From an uncultured Eubacteriales bacterium (GTDB lineage Bacteria > Bacillota > Clostridia > Oscillospirales > Acutalibacteraceae): a DNA stretch of 64,000 nucleotides. The stretch's first letter is position 1. Each line of letters starts with the position of its first letter. The translations under genes were made by a program, and so were the position numbers. Location of the stretch: contig CAYMHR010000003.1 in NCBI GenBank assembly GCA_964390295.1, positions 27,514 through 91,513 of the forward strand, in the 5' to 3' direction. A model generated the notes under the pieces. The model had not been told where the DNA came from, did no database searches, and saw nothing but the letters and a program-made list of their open reading frames with translations. Positions 55,040-64,000 of this stretch are shown here, piece after piece.

Positions 55040-55070
55040 AAAAAAATCCCGCCCAATAACGGACGGGATT
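55040..55070 (-). terminator. intrinsic terminator after asnS
   Basis: Minus strand: AAUCCCGUCC-GUUAUU-GGGCGGGAUU followed by UUUUU. The G-U pair is only valid on the minus strand. Confidence 0.75.
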
Positions 55071-55085
55071 GCAAAAAACGCAAAA

Positions 55086-56480
55086 TCAGAATTCGGCAGA
55101 GCCAGTGGTACGTGGAAAGGGAAGAACGTCGCGGATGTTTGCCATGCCGGTGACGTACAGGATCAGACGTTCAAAGCCGAGGCCGTAGCCGGAGTGCTTG
55201 GCACCGCCGTAGCGACGCAGGTCGAGGTACCACCAGTAATCCTTTTGATCCAGGCCCAACTCGTTCATGCGCTGTTCCAGCAGGTCGAGGCGTTCCTCAC
55301 GCTGACTGCCCCCAATGATCTCGCCAACGCCGGGTACCAGTAGGTCCATGGCGGCGACAGTTTTGCCGTCGTCATTCAGGCGCATGTAGAAGGCTTTGAT
55401 CTCCTTGGGATAATCGGTGACGAAAACAGGCTGTTTATATACCTGTTCGGTCAGGTACCGTTCATGCTCGGTTTGCAGGTCACAACCCCAGAATACAGGA
55501 TATTCAAACTGGTCCTTGTGTTTCCCCAAAATTTTGATTGCTTCGGTGTAGGTGACGCGGACAAACTCGGAATGAACCAACGCGTTGAGGCGCTCCAGCA
55601 AGGTTTTATCGTAGAAGTCGTTAAAGAACTTCATTTCATCGGGACAATGCTCCAGCAGGTAGGAGACCACGTAGGTGATCATATCCTGTGCCAGTTGCAT
55701 ATTGTCTTCCAGATCGGCAAAAGCAATTTCCGGTTCGATCATCCAGAACTCTGCCGCGTGACGGGCAGTAAAGGAGCGCTCGGCGCGGAAGGTGGGGCCG
55801 AAGGTGTAGATTTTTCCGAATGCCATGGCCATACATTCGCCCGCCAGCTGGCCGGAAACGGTCAGGGAAGTGTGCTTTCCGAAGAAGTCTTGTGAATAGT
55901 CTACGGTACCGTCCTCGGTGCGCGGCACGTTGTCCAGATCGAACGAGGTGACGTGGAACATTTCACCGGCACCCTCGCAGTCGCTGGATGTAATAAGGGG
56001 AGTGTGAGCATACACGAAGCCGCGCTCCTGAAAAAAGCGATGGATGGCATACGCCGCAACGGAGCGCACGCGAAACACGGCGCTGAACGTATTGGTACGT
56101 GGACGCAGGTGAGCGATAGTACGCAAAAATTCCAGCGAATGACGCTTTTTTTGCAACGGATAATCGGTGGTAGAAGCACCTTCGATTTCGACCGAGTCGG
56201 CGTGAAGCTCGCAGGGCTGTTTGGCTTCGGGCGTGAGCACAAGAGTGCCCTTAACGACCAGAGCCGCGCCGACGTTTTGGTGGCAAACTTCGTCAAAATT
56301 GGACAGTTTGGCCTGTTCGACAATAATTTGGAGGTTGCGCTGGCAACTTCCGTCGTTCAGTTCAATAAACGCAAGATTTTTGGACTGGCGCAGGGTACGT
56401 ACCCAGCCGCAGACCGTCAGCTCGCGGTCGGTCAGTTGTGCAGAATCCGCATAGACCGCGGCGATTTCGTTTCGTTTCAT
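55086..56480 (-). CDS. asnS: asparagine--tRNA ligase
   Basis: Class IIb N-terminal OB fold ([22 protein letters not shown]), motifs 1-3, C-terminal ...PFPR. Confidence 0.94.
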   Translation of the reverse strand: MKRNEIAAVYADSAQLTDRELTVCGWVRTLRQSKNLAFIELNDGSCQRNLQIIVEQAKLSNFDEVCHQNVGAALVVKGTLVLTPEAKQPCELHADSVEIEGASTTDYPLQKKRHSLEFLRTIAHLRPRTNTFSAVFRVRSVAAYAIHRFFQERGFVYAHTPLITSSDCEGAGEMFHVTSFDLDNVPRTEDGTVDYSQDFFGKHTSLTVSGQLAGECMAMAFGKIYTFGPTFRAERSFTARHAAEFWMIEPEIAFADLEDNMQLAQDMITYVVSYLLEHCPDEMKFFNDFYDKTLLERLNALVHSEFVRVTYTEAIKILGKHKDQFEYPVFWGCDLQTEHERYLTEQVYKQPVFVTDYPKEIKAFYMRLNDDGKTVAAMDLLVPGVGEIIGGSQREERLDLLEQRMNELGLDQKDYWWYLDLRRYGGAKHSGYGLGFERLILYVTGMANIRDVLPFPRTTGSAEF

Positions 56481-56677
56481 CGTTTATCAGTTCCTTCCGT
56501 ATAACCATACAGGTCTTATTATACAGCACTTGTACTGCAAAAAGCAAGAGCAACCGGACAAAAAGATGTGGTTTCCCCGGAAATGTTTTGAAAAGCCGGG
56601 CTTTTTGAAATTTTGGTTGACAGGCTCCGGAAAGTTTGGTATAAACTGAAGTAGAACATATCATGGAGGTCATCCGT

Positions 56678-57994
56678 ATGTACGATGTCTTTGCATTGCC
56701 GTCGATTACGTTTCCGAAGAATTTTTTGTGGGGCAGCGGTTATGCCGGTCATCAGGTGGAGGGCAACAACCCCAACAATCAGAAGGCGGCGATCGAGGAG
56801 CTGCAGTATGCGGAAAAATCCGGTAGAGCGTGCAACAGTTGGGAGCTGTATGAAACCGATATCGCCCTGATGCAGGAACTGGAACAGCAGGCGTTTCGCA
56901 CGTCGGTAGAATGGTGCCGCGTGGAGCCTGAGCCGGGTGTGTTCAATCGTGAGGCCACGGAGCACTACGTCCGTTTCTTTTCCCTGCTGAAGGAGCGCGG
57001 CATCAAAACGTTTTGCACGCTGGTACACTTTACGCATCCGCTGTGGTTTGAAAAGCTCGGCCATTTCACCAAAATGGAAAACTGGAAATACTTTGAGGAG
57101 TATTTGCATTATATCGTGCCGAAACTGGCGCCGTACGTGGATTTTTGGAACGTTATCAACGAATTTAACCTCGGTAACTGGTCGGATGAGCGAATTCAGT
57201 ACAAGCTGAATTCGGTGCGTTATCACGCACGAGCCTATCACCTGATCAAGCAGTATTCCGATGCGCCGATCAGCTCAAATCACGCGCTGGTGCACTATAT
57301 GCCGTACCGCCCGTTTGATCGTCTGGACGTCGTGGCGACGCAGTATCAGGATATCATCGACCATGAATTTTTCTTTCATGCGATCCGCACCGGTGAAATT
57401 GTGTATCCCCAGCACGACGGTACGTACGATCCCGATGTGAAGAATGCGATTGATTTTTGGGCAATCAACAGCTACACTCGCTCATTGATCGATTCGCGCA
57501 AGGCCTCCATGGAACGGAAAACCTATGATCATAAGCGCCTGACGATGGTGGACAAGGATTTCTATTTGGAGGAGCTGTACCCGGAGTGTATGATCGCCAA
57601 TTTAAGCCGTTTGCATGACAAGCCGATTTACATTACGGAAAACGGGTTGTCCGCATTGGACGATCGCTTCCGCATTGTGTATTTGACGACGTATCTGCAT
57701 GCGATTCACGAAGCGATTCGACAGGGTGCCGACGTTCGCGGTTATCTGTATTGGTCGCTTTTGGACAACTACGAATGGGCCAGCTTTAAGCCGCGCTTTG
57801 GCTTGTGTCACGTAGATTTTGAAACGTTTGAGCGCACGATAAAACCGAGCGGCTATTTTTACCGCGATATTCTGCGGCAGAATGGGATCAACTCAGATAC
57901 GATTCGTCGGTATCTTACCGAGTTGCCGATGCTGGATCATCGCAATCCGGCTGTGGAAACGCCCTTTATTACGCCAGGTTATTTGGATCGCTGA
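56678..57994 (+). CDS. glycoside hydrolase family 1 (beta-glucosidase-like)
   Basis: FLWGSGYAGHQVEG, acid/base NEF (VINEFN), nucleophile ITENG. ATG at 56678, 7 nt after GGAGG. Confidence 0.9.
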   Translation: MYDVFALPSITFPKNFLWGSGYAGHQVEGNNPNNQKAAIEELQYAEKSGRACNSWELYETDIALMQELEQQAFRTSVEWCRVEPEPGVFNREATEHYVRFFSLLKERGIKTFCTLVHFTHPLWFEKLGHFTKMENWKYFEEYLHYIVPKLAPYVDFWNVINEFNLGNWSDERIQYKLNSVRYHARAYHLIKQYSDAPISSNHALVHYMPYRPFDRLDVVATQYQDIIDHEFFFHAIRTGEIVYPQHDGTYDPDVKNAIDFWAINSYTRSLIDSRKASMERKTYDHKRLTMVDKDFYLEELYPECMIANLSRLHDKPIYITENGLSALDDRFRIVYLTTYLHAIHEAIRQGADVRGYLYWSLLDNYEWASFKPRFGLCHVDFETFERTIKPSGYFYRDILRQNGINSDTIRRYLTELPMLDHRNPAVETPFITPGYLDR

Positions 57995-58003
57995 ACGTCA
58001 AAA

Positions 58004-58030
58004 AGCAGCCTCCTACGGGAGGCTGCTTTT
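58004..58030. terminator. bidirectional intrinsic terminator
   Basis: AGCAGCCTCC-TACG-GGAGGCTGCT, flanked by AAAA and TTTT. Confidence 0.88.
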
Positions 58031-58041
58031 CTATTGGTTCG

Positions 58042-59808
58042 TCAGGATATGTTCGGAGATTGCAGGATCAGCAACAGGCCTTCCTCGTGGAGCGCCTCCG
58101 TGTAACCGTAATCCAGTGCGGTTCCGATGTATTCGTCGTAGGAAAGACCGTGACGCATATCCAGCACCACGTAGTCGGTGTCGGGGATGGGGTGGTAGTA
58201 GGCTTCGTAGATGCAGTCGCGGTCCGCTAAATGCGGCAATAGCATGGCGTCGGTGGTCACAGAGGCGTTATCGGGTACGGTGTCCAACAGTTCCTCGAGC
58301 CGTGTATAGGTGTCATAGTTTTCTACGTAAGCATTGACGTAATAGCTGAAGCTGGACAACACGAGCATGGTGTACGTCAGCACGGTGGCGATGAGCGCAA
58401 ACAGCAATTGATTGCGTCGAAACAGTGCCGGAGCATCGGCGGTGTTTTGTACCAGCAGGTAGAACAAAAAAGCGGTGATACCGAACTGATACTGAAACCC
58501 GACGTCGAACATGTACGTGTAATTGGTAAGCAGGTTCAGCAGTAACGGCGCGAGCAACCACAGGCGGCTGTAATGCCCCCGCGGTGTCCACAGCAGAGCG
58601 CCGAGCGGTAACAGCAAGGTCAGCAACCAGCGCAGTTTATCGGAAGTGGTGCTCTGCGTGGCAATGATTTGTAAAAAGTTGGCGGGGTCGCGCAGGAGAG
58701 TGTCCAACAGTCCGCCGGTATCCCGTTCGGTGGAGAGCAGCTCCTCGTAGCGCCCGAACATGGCACCGTCACCGAAATGCATCAGCAGAAACACGACGAT
58801 TCCAAAATAGACGATGGCACCGGCGGCAAGAGGGATACCGCGCTTAAAGTCGCGCTTTGAAAACAACAGATAGAGTGCGAAAAAGGCTAAATAGACGGCG
58901 GCGTCTTCCTTGACGGCGAGAACCAGACAGGCGACGACGGTCATCCACGCGTAATGCTTTTCTTCGTACAAGGCGAACAACCATAGCAATAGCGGCGTTA
59001 GAAAGCAATTTTCGTGAAGATCGTAGAAGCACCCGGTGGTCAGCGGCGGATAGGCGGCGTAGATGGCGCACACCACGGCGGTGGCGGTGGGAGACAGGCG
59101 AAAGTGCCGTGCCAGCCGATACAGGGGAATGAGTCCGCTTGCCAAAACGACGGCTTGGGCGATTTGCAGAGTTAGCGGCGAGGGAAACAGCGCGTAGAAC
59201 GGCAGAATGAGATAGTAGATGGGGGAAACGTGGACGGCGAAGTGGGACAACAGTTGATCGCGTTCGCAGGAAACCAGAGGGGTCAGACTTTGGCTCATGT
59301 GGTGGAACATATTGCACCAGATGCCGAAATCGTAATTGGGCGAGGAAAACGTGAGATAGCGCAGACAGGTGATGGTGGCGTTGACGCCGCAACAAATCAG
59401 ACCGGCAACGATGACAGCTGCAATGCACCAGCGGCGCGATACGGTGAACGGCAACAAGCGCCCGGTTTCACGATGAAGAAGCGGAAACAGAACCACGGCG
59501 ACAGCGAACAACAGCAACAAAAGCAGGAACCAGTTGTTTCCATAAGCGGCCTGCACGTACACCTGGATTATGGCGTAGGTGACGGTGCAGACAACCAAGG
59601 CGACACCGGACAGGCGTGGCCATGGTAGAAAAAGCTGTGCCGTGGTGAGTGTCAGAAAAGTGCCGAGAAAAACCAGTAGCGTGGCACCGACGGATAGAAT
59701 GGTATCGGTGCGGAACAATTCGAACACGGTGCAACAAAAAAACCAGGAGGCGATCAAACGCAGGGGCGCTTTCGGCACTGTGGCAAAGCGCTTGAGAAAA
59801 GCCAGCAT
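58042..59808 (-). CDS. large polytopic membrane protein, DUF2079-like
   Basis: At least 12 predicted TM helices. The SSPNYDFGIWCNMFHH...SHFAVHVSPIYYL region resembles DUF2079. A C-terminal soluble domain follows. Confidence 0.55.
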   Translation of the reverse strand: MLAFLKRFATVPKAPLRLIASWFFCCTVFELFRTDTILSVGATLLVFLGTFLTLTTAQLFLPWPRLSGVALVVCTVTYAIIQVYVQAAYGNNWFLLLLLLFAVAVVLFPLLHRETGRLLPFTVSRRWCIAAVIVAGLICCGVNATITCLRYLTFSSPNYDFGIWCNMFHHMSQSLTPLVSCERDQLLSHFAVHVSPIYYLILPFYALFPSPLTLQIAQAVVLASGLIPLYRLARHFRLSPTATAVVCAIYAAYPPLTTGCFYDLHENCFLTPLLLWLFALYEEKHYAWMTVVACLVLAVKEDAAVYLAFFALYLLFSKRDFKRGIPLAAGAIVYFGIVVFLLMHFGDGAMFGRYEELLSTERDTGGLLDTLLRDPANFLQIIATQSTTSDKLRWLLTLLLPLGALLWTPRGHYSRLWLLAPLLLNLLTNYTYMFDVGFQYQFGITAFLFYLLVQNTADAPALFRRNQLLFALIATVLTYTMLVLSSFSYYVNAYVENYDTYTRLEELLDTVPDNASVTTDAMLLPHLADRDCIYEAYYHPIPDTDYVVLDMRHGLSYDEYIGTALDYGYTEALHEEGLLLILQSPNIS

Positions 59809-59845
59809 TTGAGTTCACCTCCGGGTTTTAGTTGGAATGGAAGTA

Positions 59846-60949
59846 TTACGGAGTATCGGACGAGGCGGTCAGCGATTGCTTGATACCGTCGATGGTCAGC
59901 GAGCTGAGCACCCAGGTGTCGTCGGATGCATGGAGAAACGTCACGTCGTAGGCGACAGCAGACTCGCCCTCGGCGGTTGCGCTGTGCACGGTGCAGGAAA
60001 AATCGCTTTCGGAAAAGCGGCGGTAATTATCAACCGTCAGCGTGGCAGAAGCGGCGACGTCGGCAGATAACTGCGCGGCGATCGCTTCGCATGCCAGTGC
60101 CTCATGTGCGCTACGTTCGTAGTCGTCCGCCAGCGTCAGTACCAAACCGTTTTCCGATTCCTCGCGAAGGCAGTCGCTGCCGTTAATTCCGGTGGCTTCG
60201 ATTGTCGGCGGCATCAGCAGGCCGGTCAGCGTATAGGTCTTGACAACCGGCAGATTGGCACCGTCGGCAATGCCGAACAGGGTAGATTGCACTTCGGTGG
60301 CGGTGACGGAATCGGCGGAAAGCAAACCGATTGGTTGACCGTTGACGTAGAGGTCAACGTCCTCGGAGGCAGTGACGACATAATCGGGCTGATAGGTCAG
60401 CTCGGCGGTGATGTACCAGTTGGTTTTTCCGTTTTCGTCGGTGTCGCCGGTGACGAGCAGGGTGGCGAGCTTGACGGTGCCATTGTTATACAGATGATAG
60501 CGCTGAACGCGGCTGTCAGACGTGACCTGCTTGACAACGGATAAATCGCCGGCATCGGCATACAGCGCTTTGAGATACGCTATATAGGTCTCCTTGCCGG
60601 CAAGCTCGGTCGTTTGAAAACCGGAGGAGGCATACAACGCTTCGTAATCCTCGTTTTTAATCAGCTCCAGGTAGGCCTGCAACGGCGGTTGCTCCTGCTT
60701 GGCTTCATAGGAAGCGAGAGCGGTTTGATAAAGCCACAGCGCCGCAACGACGGTGATCAGCAACAGTACGCACAGGATGCTAAAGCCGATCCGAAAGCCG
60801 CGCTTCTTGCGTGGGAGGGCTTCCTCCGGCTCAAAAAAATCTTCTTCCGGTGCTGTGCCGTCCACTTCGGGAGGAACAACGGTTTCCTGAAGTGCGGTGT
60901 CTTCGGCAAAAATGGCGGAGTCTTGGCTGGACTGTGGATTCTCAAGCAT
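59846..60949 (-). CDS. hypothetical type II membrane protein (acidic N-terminus, one TM helix, extracytoplasmic domain)
   Basis: Good coding appearance and operon context. I recognise no family. Confidence 0.6.
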   Translation of the reverse strand: MLENPQSSQDSAIFAEDTALQETVVPPEVDGTAPEEDFFEPEEALPRKKRGFRIGFSILCVLLLITVVAALWLYQTALASYEAKQEQPPLQAYLELIKNEDYEALYASSGFQTTELAGKETYIAYLKALYADAGDLSVVKQVTSDSRVQRYHLYNNGTVKLATLLVTGDTDENGKTNWYITAELTYQPDYVVTASEDVDLYVNGQPIGLLSADSVTATEVQSTLFGIADGANLPVVKTYTLTGLLMPPTIEATGINGSDCLREESENGLVLTLADDYERSAHEALACEAIAAQLSADVAASATLTVDNYRRFSESDFSCTVHSATAEGESAVAYDVTFLHASDDTWVLSSLTIDGIKQSLTASSDTP

Positions 60950-60973
60950 GGTGAGTACCTCCTTTTTGACCGA

Positions 60974-61954
60974 TTATAGGATGACGAATGCCGTCGGTGC
61001 ACAGTGGTCTGTGGCGGCAATGGTTTTGTTTTGCAAAGTCCCCTGATACAGGAGGGCGGCCGAGGAGGTTTGATCCAGCACGGCGGCATTCACGGCACCA
61101 GCCTTCAGCATTTCGCAGATGCAGTCCTCTGCCAAAACGCCGTGGGTAGCGGTGTTAGTGCCGGTCAGCACCATCAGAAGAATGGCGCCGTCGGCACGTT
61201 GACCAATCACGGCACGGGGAAACAGCCCATCACCGAGCCCGGCAATTTCGGTAGCCTGCCCGTTGACGATGATGGCGGAAACGTCGCTGCAAACAGCGTT
61301 GAGCGCGCCGACGTTGAGTGCTTGCTCGGCGGTCATGGTACCGACCAATAAGCGGTTGCTTTCGTCGATGGCGATGACTGAGGCGGCGGTAGCCGGATCA
61401 CCGTAGATCAGTTGACCGTTTTGGATGACGAAGCCAACCGGAGTGCCGTTGGTGCCGGTACATACGGCGGCAACGGCATTGGTGCTGTTGGCGAAGCTTT
61501 CGACCGAAGCACCGGTTTGATCCGCCCCGAACGTGGTAATACACGCTAGCTTTAAGCGAGAGGGATCGGTAACGGTCAGGAGAGTGCCGATGTAGGTATC
61601 TCCGTGAATATCGGTTTTGGTAATTGGTTCGTCATTGCTGGGGGCTTCATCAATAAAGCCGAGCGAGGTGTCGGTGATCTCGGAGGGGGATAACAGCCGA
61701 TTCTCGTTGAGAATGGCTTGGATTTCAGTGTTGGATAAAAACAGAGTGGGCAAAAAGCGGAGTGCGTTGTTGGATTGCACCGTGGTGACAAACAGATCGC
61801 GCGCCGTGGCGGAGGGGCCGAGGCAGGTAAGCCCGACGGCACCGAACAGCAACAAGGCTGCGGCCAGCACCAAAACGCCGAGTACGGTAAAGCAACGGCC
61901 GACGTGGTGCAACACCGAGCTTTTGCTCCGAACACGTTCTGCAGAATGTTTCAT
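60974..61954 (-). CDS. phosphodiester glycosidase (DUF2233/NAGPA-like) family protein, membrane-anchored
   Basis: TM anchor plus ...PRAVIGQRADGAILLMVLTG...GAVNAAVLD... as in DUF2233. ATG at 61954 after GAAGGAAG. The upstream part of ORF 60974..62341 overlaps cca and is rejected. Confidence 0.55.
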   Translation of the reverse strand: MKHSAERVRSKSSVLHHVGRCFTVLGVLVLAAALLLFGAVGLTCLGPSATARDLFVTTVQSNNALRFLPTLFLSNTEIQAILNENRLLSPSEITDTSLGFIDEAPSNDEPITKTDIHGDTYIGTLLTVTDPSRLKLACITTFGADQTGASVESFANSTNAVAAVCTGTNGTPVGFVIQNGQLIYGDPATAASVIAIDESNRLLVGTMTAEQALNVGALNAVCSDVSAIIVNGQATEIAGLGDGLFPRAVIGQRADGAILLMVLTGTNTATHGVLAEDCICEMLKAGAVNAAVLDQTSSAALLYQGTLQNKTIAATDHCAPTAFVIL

Positions 61955-62031
61955 ACGTCCACTTCCTTCTGGTGCAAATACATTACCTATATAATACACC
62001 AGCTTTAGGGGTTTGTCAATGTGGAAAGGCT

Positions 62032-62060
62032 TTGCATTTCTGCAGACAGTGTGGTACAAT
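62032..62060 (+). promoter_or_regulatory. sigma-A promoter of cca
   Basis: TTGCAT, 17 nt spacer, TACAAT with TGG extended -10. Confidence 0.6.
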
Positions 62061-62093
62061 ACTAAGGAGCGTATGAGAAAAGGAGGGGTGATC

Positions 62094-63446
62094 GTGCAGG
62101 TGCCACACGCAGTGCAACGGGTTATGGAGAGGCTACAGGCCGCCGGCTTTGCCGCGCACGTGGTAGGCGGTTGTGTGCGTGACAGCCTGTTGGGGTTGCC
62201 CCCGCAGGACTGGGATCTGACGACCGATGCCTTGCCGGAACAGACGGCGGCGGTGTTTGCGGAGTCCCCCGTCTTGAAAACCGGAATACGGCACGGTACG
62301 GTGACGGTGCTGTACGAGGGAATGCCGCTGGAGATCACCACGTATCGTACCGAAGGGCTGTATCGCGATCACCGGCGACCCGATCGGGTAACGTTCGTAT
62401 CGGATATTACCGAGGATTTGCGGCGGCGCGACCTGACGATAAATGCCATGGCGTGGGAGCCAAACAGCGGACTGTGCGATCCCTTCGGCGGACAAGCCGA
62501 TCTGAAGGCGGGGATTCTGCGCTGCGTCGGTCGCGCCGAAGAACGGCTGGAGGAGGATGCCTTGCGCATTTTGCGCGTCCTGCGTTTTGCCTCCGTATAC
62601 GGCTTTTCAGTCGAGCCGGAAACTGCCGCGGCGCTGTTTCACCGTGCGCCCCTACTTTGTCACGTGGCGGCAGGACGGGTACGTGCTGAGCTGGATCGGT
62701 TACTGACCGGCGATCACGTTGGCGAGGTGTTGCGCCGGTTTCACGAGGTGTTGTATCCGGTTTTGCCGGAGCTTCGCCCGCTGGCCGGATTTGACCAGCA
62801 TTCGCGGTATCACGACAAGGACGTGCTGGAGCACGTCATCGCGGCCGTGGAATCGTCGCCACCGAATTTGCCGGTGCGGTTGGCCTTGTTGCTTCACGAT
62901 AGCGGCAAGCCGTCGTGCTTTACACGAAGCGAGGACGGCGAGGGGCATTTTTACGGACACGCCGCCTTCAGCGAGGCGATTGCCGTAACCGTGACCGAGC
63001 GCCTGCGTTACGATCACCGCACGCAGGAAACGGTACGTCTGCTGGTCAAATATCACGATACGCCGATTGCCGATACCGACGCGGCAGTACGCCGCTGGCT
63101 GAATCGATTGGGAGAGGAACGCCTGCGCCTGTTATGGGACGTACAGGAGGGAGACTGCCGTGCCCACGCCGCTTGGACGGTGCCGCAGCGCATTGCCGAG
63201 CTGAACGCTTTGCGTGAGCGGCTGGATCGTATTCTGGCTGCGGGGGATTGTACGTCGCTGAAAACGCTGGCGGTGAACGGTGACGACCTGCTGAAGGCCG
63301 GTATTCCGGAGGGGCGTGCCTTGGGCACGTGTCTGCACGATCTGCTGGAAGCGGTGATCGCCGGTGAATTGCCCAATGAACGTGACGGTTTACTGGCAAA
63401 AGGGCTTGATTATTTTGCTGAAAATCGATACAATAAGATGATGTAA
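62094..63446 (+). CDS. cca: CCA-adding tRNA nucleotidyltransferase
   Basis: VVGGCVRDSLLG...DWDLTTDA PolyA-pol head and a C-terminal HD-like part. The GTG at 62094 after GGAGG is preferred. An in-frame ATG at 62073 is the alternative. Confidence 0.88.
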   Translation: MQVPHAVQRVMERLQAAGFAAHVVGGCVRDSLLGLPPQDWDLTTDALPEQTAAVFAESPVLKTGIRHGTVTVLYEGMPLEITTYRTEGLYRDHRRPDRVTFVSDITEDLRRRDLTINAMAWEPNSGLCDPFGGQADLKAGILRCVGRAEERLEEDALRILRVLRFASVYGFSVEPETAAALFHRAPLLCHVAAGRVRAELDRLLTGDHVGEVLRRFHEVLYPVLPELRPLAGFDQHSRYHDKDVLEHVIAAVESSPPNLPVRLALLLHDSGKPSCFTRSEDGEGHFYGHAAFSEAIAVTVTERLRYDHRTQETVRLLVKYHDTPIADTDAAVRRWLNRLGEERLRLLWDVQEGDCRAHAAWTVPQRIAELNALRERLDRILAAGDCTSLKTLAVNGDDLLKAGIPEGRALGTCLHDLLEAVIAGELPNERDGLLAKGLDYFAENRYNKMM

Positions 63447-63467
63447 CAAATTGCGGAGGGAATACCT

Positions 63468-64000
63468 GTGGCTAATTATAAAGATGAAATCGAACGGCGG
63501 CGCACGTTTGCGATTATTTCGCACCCTGACGCCGGAAAAACCACGTTGACCGAAAAATTTCTGCTGTACGGCGGTGCCATCGCCTCCGCCGGTATGGTTA
63601 AGGGAAAAAAATCCATGAAGCACGCTGTGTCGGACTGGATGGAAATTGAAAAACAGCGCGGAATCTCGGTCACGTCGTCGGTACTTCAGTTTGAGTACGA
63701 TGGTTATTGCGTCAACATTTTGGATACGCCGGGGCACCAGGATTTTTCCGAGGATACCTATCGCACGCTGATGGCGGCGGATTCCGCGGTGATGGTCATC
63801 GATGCTTCCAAAGGCGTGGAAAAGCAGACGGTAAAGCTGTTTAAGGTTTGCATGATGCGTGACATTCCGGTGTTCACGTTTATCAATAAAATGGATCGCG
63901 AAGCGCGCGACCCCTACGAGCTGATGGCGGACATCGAAAGCGTGCTGGGAATCGAGACCTATCCCGTCAACTGGCCGATCGGTTCGGGTAAGCGCTTCAA
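63468..64000 (+). CDS. prfC: peptide chain release factor 3, 3' end cut by window edge
   Basis: My own translation: [38 protein letters not shown]...DTPGHQDF...NKMDR. GTG after GGAGGG. It is absent from the ORF track because there is no stop in the window. Confidence 0.9.
   Translation, partial: MANYKDEIERRRTFAIISHPDAGKTTLTEKFLLYGGAIASAGMVKGKKSMKHAVSDWMEIEKQRGISVTSSVLQFEYDGYCVNILDTPGHQDFSEDTYRTLMAADSAVMVIDASKGVEKQTVKLFKVCMMRDIPVFTFINKMDREARDPYELMADIESVLGIETYPVNWPIGSGKRF

Noticed and set aside
56481-56662. Possible T-box leader upstream of asnS (minus strand).
   Set aside because: The intergenic region is only ~180 nt and is shared with the divergent GH1 promoter. It has no specifier-loop/T-box (AGGGUGGNACCGCG-like) sequence and no terminator/antiterminator pair.
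61955-62341. Upstream 129 codons of ORF 60974..62341.
   Set aside because: They overlap the cca promoter and CDS on the other strand and have a Pro/Cys/Thr-rich nonsense-like sequence. The ATG at 61954 has an SD and starts a normal signal-anchor.
1-64000. Search for IS elements, integrases, phage genes, rRNA and CRISPR arrays.
   Set aside because: None recognised. The only long direct repeat is the 86-nt pair at 37455-37668, and the only compositional island is at 30540-33500.

Overview
This 64 kb window looks like a chromosomal core segment of a moderately high-GC Firmicute, probably Clostridia (Oscillospiraceae-like); that assignment is an inference from gene content and synteny. Coding density is about 90% on both strands. 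I found no rRNA, CRISPR array, transposase, integrase or prophage gene.

Recognisable blocks:
- gdpP(partial)-rplI-dnaB and tilS-hpt-ftsH
- pyk, rlmB
- an EF-G paralogue followed by efp
- glgC-glgD-glgA, with glgB about 15 kb away
- asnB, tRNA-Tyr
- secD-secF
- a MarR-controlled heterodimeric ABC exporter
- asnS, a GH1 glycosidase, cca and prfC (partial)

Items that ordinary annotation would not explain:
1. A ~400-nt attenuator-type leader upstream of a split TSUP/TauE permease pair. It carries four tandem 'SD-TGAGTCC-N-start codon' modules and a strong terminator.
2. Two near-identical ~86-nt promoter plus triple-hairpin units in tandem in front of glgB.
3. A ~185-nt extended-helix structured element downstream of a DUF1292 gene.
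4. A P1B-ATPase homologue whose catalytic motifs are all degenerate, carrying a long acidic N-terminus.
5. A stand-alone copy of the SecD TM1+P1 head domain.
6. An orphan MazF/EndoA toxin.
7. A low-GC islet next to tRNA-Tyr that carries an HD small-alarmone-hydrolase-like gene.
8. Two apparent frameshifts, one in a lysR gene and one in a lipoprotein gene.

All calls come from reading the sequence and the ORF translations by eye. No database search or folding program was run.
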